Positions 55,401 to 57,634 of a stretch of 57,634 bases of DNA are shown in pieces (positions within the stretch are counted from its first letter, which is position 1; each line of letters opens with the position of its first letter). A program made the translations under genes and the position numbers. The notes below the pieces were generated by a model. It made no database searches. It saw only the letters and a program-made list of their open reading frames with translations, and was not told the DNA's origin. The stretch comes from a virus, in IMG/VR virus record IMGVR_UViG_3300045988_159412; one strand, 5' to 3'.

Positions 55401-56708
55401 GAAGCCGATAACAGCTTTTTCCTGATAAATCTTTTCGTTGCCCTGATATATCTGTTTAATCGGGAAAACGGCATTGTTGTAATGCTCAATTTTATAATCG
55501 TTCCCAGCGAACACTTTCGACGTGTCGCCAAACATTTGAGCCATTATCAACGAACTCCTGTGGTCATTGTTGTTGAAGCTTTGGGTTGGAACGTCTCCCT
55601 GACCATAATTCACCTTAATACCAATGCCACTATATCCGGTTCCATCTTTAAACGACTCCTTGAACGAAACATAGCTTTGGGCGGCGTTTAATCCTCCCGG
55701 AGTCCCACCAACGCAAAAACTGGTGACAGCCCCAAGAGAGCTGTCAATCTCAACCTCGGATGATGAGTGAGCATAAAGACCTAGCGTGCCGTAAGAATTG
55801 TTGCAACCAATGCTGGCATACAGCTTACCTCCCCGCCATGTCAGGAAACAATAATAGTTGATAGGAATATTTTGATTGAAGTCGGAGAAAGCAACAACCT
55901 GTCCAGAGCCAATCTCTATATCCTCCAAGGGATGTTCCACACCGGATGAGTCAGTAATGGCCCACTTCATGTTGTTTCCACTACCGCTAAAACCAAAGCT
56001 GATAGATTTGTTGTCCTTGAAGTTTAAGGTAAGGAAAGGATTCGTTTTAGCATTGAGCTTATCAACACCATACAGGCCAAAGCAAAGAGAGTTTTTTGTG
56101 GAAATGTTTAAGTGCGAAGACGTGTCAAACTCCACCACGTACTGGTTGTCAGCCATAGAAATATCAGGCATTTTCGCCTGTGTGGCTGTCCTTGTTAATT
56201 CCAGCGGGAAGAAGTCGGGATGCACTATCCACATTTTGTCGTTTTGGGAGACATACTTGATTTTCTCCAAGTCCGTGTCCCAAAAACGCCCATGCCTCTC
56301 ATTGCCAACATCAGCCGTCCATCCGTTGATGCCAGCCTGAAAAACAGAATCTATCTCAAGATTTACCTCCCATTTCCTCGTCTCGTCTCCAAAATACCCG
56401 CATTGGTAAATGGTTGCGAAGGGAATGCAACCACCGCTCTCATACTTGTTGTCGGAGTGGACGCAAACAATGTATTCCTCGTTGTTGGTGCAAGGGAACT
56501 TCAATATCCGAAAAGGATTTTTGAATGCGTCAATCACACCAAAACCCGGTCGCCTCTTTAACATACCAAACTGACGAGGAATAAAGTTCCTCATCAATGA
56601 ACAACTCGTCTGGTATTTCTGCATGTCAACTCGTGGGGTGAAGTTCTCGGAAACCTGCCCCCCGTTGAAGTTGAGTTGCATTTGAAATTGTCGGGTATTT
56701 GAGGCCAT
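52383..56708 (-). CDS. large beta-rich virion protein, 1441 aa (mirror of 927..5252)
   Basis: Exact reverse-complement copy. Confidence 0.7.
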   Translation of the reverse strand: MASNTRQFQMQLNFNGGQVSENFTPRVDMQKYQTSCSLMRNFIPRQFGMLKRRPGFGVIDAFKNPFRILKFPCTNNEEYIVCVHSDNKYESGGCIPFATIYQCGYFGDETRKWEVNLEIDSVFQAGINGWTADVGNERHGRFWDTDLEKIKYVSQNDKMWIVHPDFFPLELTRTATQAKMPDISMADNQYVVEFDTSSHLNISTKNSLCFGLYGVDKLNAKTNPFLTLNFKDNKSISFGFSGSGNNMKWAITDSSGVEHPLEDIEIGSGQVVAFSDFNQNIPINYYCFLTWRGGKLYASIGCNNSYGTLGLYAHSSSEVEIDSSLGAVTSFCVGGTPGGLNAAQSYVSFKESFKDGTGYSGIGIKVNYGQGDVPTQSFNNNDHRSSLIMAQMFGDTSKVFAGNDYKIEHYNNAVFPIKQIYQGNEKIYQEKAVIGFKLTTMDFLTYPKSDDYYIRDKSQGTNPDSPMFCRNHETYPDIPYYVYEDTSVSLNTVNAVFGDRYFLSDGSVSQLTGNDGTRIAEWLKEYTPGDIVIGSCLMNKTDGVLNGNIYNFATGANVGIPISFFRMANIVCRYVRGDWTLSTDAEVATTKGVLVSYLENSKVFSGYPSGGGYTVFRINNNWFSQPRKLSMSGSNTPGVFVGLVYIGENGNVSTDTGDAGQSIEVDNGGGVYQTDIPFAVWPNQKRLTSTTTDATVFQNLTIMPMMYAPVLDGIFKTFSSLFGRGNYQLTQTNVSSTNYYSAKFNDLVKCAFSVEKGYPSCIALRNGRLILASTKAQPQTIWASRVDRYNEFSVDDMADSGWDVTIGANQSQKIQWLSSSKDLIVGTDIGEWVLNDSDSSNPVPIIKEQSRWGSSVAQGELMTESLFFIPRDKKGVIQSIYSFQIDGYTSEDVTIMASDLFDYGITSHSIQKDPDPIWWGTTGDGRLLGLLYNRVQDINGWFQCDIQGAFINQVCCYNNPVKGEEGLIVSVKGKGENDFVNANQYFLSYMEDSNPCVDFFSIGQSICVARLPRGEEVNTDALAYGGFVNNSWNNFSTGQTSYTDALNTLIVNGYFKENKNSSQLTVQAKTPTTQSWISRFSFSFDESAIFNNPVASGSDVDIESFLFENQYDPSQEVLTKGPFWMFVFDAETQEFLTCSINSILLPDDKNQLPILEFFFLGLVLKANQKIRCYFSSESVPSWEGAEQILQLSVFDEAGHDVQYGYFPYMDVRVKATTSKIEWDETKPVYLDIISANGQTTTGYCFGGNEVNNNYSYYQQAPEGEGLFSQSQIVFNVKSEIENDIGQAGNSGFITPPSSTSGTLPNFVFGLHIFSEFISMPMGNANNYVIPATTTKISQLRYQVSRDESNDVTPSSSFLSDDGLAYGAPRIQATVQALDYDAPIAMEKSNSMSVSTNLSNGRDHIVLSGQSSTDTRLYFSLDDAKKVNVLAAYILYDSTIIS

Positions 56709-56728
56709 ATGTCTGGAAGGTTTTTAGT

Positions 56729-57385
56729 TTAATCGGGAATGTAGGTATAAGAGCCTTGGTAGGGTGCTGTCGTCCCGAACGGATAGCGGCCCCAAGTGGA
56801 CTGACTCATAAGCTTGTTGCGGTAGTTAAACCTGCCTCCCGTGTTGTTGATGAAGTCGTTGTCCCGCATCCTGTGCAACTCCCTCTGGTACATGTCCGCT
56901 ATCATGTTGTAGAGTTCAATGTTGTTCGTGATGCGTACACACGTAAGATAGGCCCACCTGATTCCTATGAGCGGTTTTAGCTGGTCAGGTATGCCTTGAA
57001 GCGTTGTCCCGTCTGTGGGGGCGGCAATGTAAACCAGCCTCAACTGGTCAACGTTTGCCAAGATAAACTCTCCCTCTATCTGCACAAACTGCGCCTGAAT
57101 ATTCCAAGGCTCTCCATTCACGGATATGATTGTCACCAAGTCGTCAGGCTTCGGGAAAGCATTGTGATAACCAAAGGCCGCCACCTCTGTGGGTGACGGC
57201 TCAATGATTACCCTTTTCCGGGCGAAGTTCCATTCGCCATCAATCATGACATCTTGAATAGCGAATGGAAGATATGCCTCTAATGCCTGACCTTCTACTG
57301 ACTTTTTCCCCGTTTCCGGGTAGCTTTGGATTTTGTATTGGCCTAACAACCCCAAGGCATAATTAGCAATATCTAGGTCAGTCAT
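56729..57385 (-). CDS. hypothetical protein, 218 aa (mirror of 250..906)
   Basis: Exact reverse-complement copy. Confidence 0.6.
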   Translation of the reverse strand: MTDLDIANYALGLLGQYKIQSYPETGKKSVEGQALEAYLPFAIQDVMIDGEWNFARKRVIIEPSPTEVAAFGYHNAFPKPDDLVTIISVNGEPWNIQAQFVQIEGEFILANVDQLRLVYIAAPTDGTTLQGIPDQLKPLIGIRWAYLTCVRITNNIELYNMIADMYQRELHRMRDNDFINNTGGRFNYRNKLMSQSTWGRYPFGTTAPYQGSYTYIPD

Positions 57386-57397
57386 TGTTTTTTCAGA

Positions 57398-57634
57398 TTA
57401 GGGGATGATTAGGTCCATGACAATGGTGAGAGATTTATTGGCCGCGACCGGCACAGTATTAGAGACGATACAAGCAATATTGTACTTCTCTTTCAGGCGT
57501 TCGTAGGTAATCCCTTCCCCGTCAATCTCGATACCATTATCGACAAGATATTGCGCTGGGTCAAAAATCATTGCACCGGCGGGGGATAGTGAGGAAGTAG
57601 AGATAACTCTCACAATTTCTCCTGCGGTTGCAGT
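57398..57634 (-). CDS. 3' fragment of an ORF whose start lies beyond the window edge (mirror of 1..237)
   Basis: Exact reverse-complement copy. Open to the window edge. Confidence 0.45.
   Translation of the reverse strand, partial: TATAGEIVRVISTSSLSPAGAMIFDPAQYLVDNGIEIDGEGITYERLKEKYNIACIVSNTVPVAANKSLTIVMDLIIP

Larger units (their letters stand above)
1..57634. repeat. Perfect inverted repeat spanning the whole window: arm A 1..28817, arm B 28818..57634 (reverse complement of A), zero spacer
   Basis: Every left-half ORF has an identical mirror ORF with coordinates summing to 57635. Ends match: actgcaaccgcagg... equals the reverse complement of ...cctgcggttgcagt. Axis sequence is gtttagtaactcatttgca|aatgagttactaaac. 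Confidence 0.97.

Noticed and set aside
1-57634. Protelomerase gene that would support a hairpin-telomere interpretation of the palindrome
   Set aside because: None of the proteins, including the 650-aa and 439-aa ones, shows the R…K…H-x-x-R…Y tyrosine-recombinase pattern recognisable by eye. Its absence is recorded, but the gene could lie outside the window.
1-57634. Natural long inverted repeat of plastid or IR type, or a composite transposon with inverted arms
   Set aside because: There is no single-copy region at all between or outside the arms, and the identity appears absolute. Natural IR systems always flank unique sequence.

Overview
The window is one perfect palindrome. Positions 1..28817 are followed without spacer by their exact reverse complement at 28818..57634, so x maps to 57635-x. 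Every left-half ORF in the six-frame track has an identical mirror ORF on the opposite strand. The first 28 nt equal the reverse complement of the last 28 nt. The axis lies inside TTGCAA at 28817|28818. Only about 28.8 kb of unique sequence is present. The unique unit looks like part of a tailed dsDNA phage. Genes are tightly packed with short overlaps, most starts lack Shine-Dalgarno motifs and leaders are A-rich, which suggests a Bacteroidota-type host. (1) 1..15110: a virion/tail module. It holds a truncated ORF, a 218-aa ORF, a 1441-aa N/S/T/G/Y-rich protein, a 303-aa and a 650-aa ORF, a ~2050-aa tape-measure-like protein with Gly/Ala-rich hydrophobic segments and a long coiled coil, and a 274-aa tail-fibre protein. 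(2) 15111..16646: a 1.5-kb non-coding region with several hairpins, a (CG)5 tract, an A14 run and direct repeats. (3) 16647..18870: small + strand genes, including two membrane proteins that may form a lysis cassette. (4) 18874..24119: a replication/recombination module, mostly on the - strand. It holds a RuvC-like resolvase, an AT-hook protein, a MazG-like NTP pyrophosphohydrolase, a Zn-ribbon protein, a Cas4/RecB-type PD-(D/E)XK nuclease with 4 Cys, a putative annealing protein and a DnaC/IstB-like ATPase. (5) 24217..28758: a markedly AT-rich block of nine - strand ORFs next to the axis. It includes a clear class-II glutamine amidotransferase (Ntn) domain protein, a KEQK tandem-repeat protein and a 439-aa protein with a possible GS-like amidoligase signature. 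The perfect 57.6-kb palindrome is either an inverted-duplication chimera, for example MDA fold-back or assembler error, or the head-to-head junction of a hairpin-telomere linear replicon. No protelomerase is recognisable in the window. No rRNA, tRNA or CRISPR array was found. Product calls rest on motifs recognised by eye, not on database searches.
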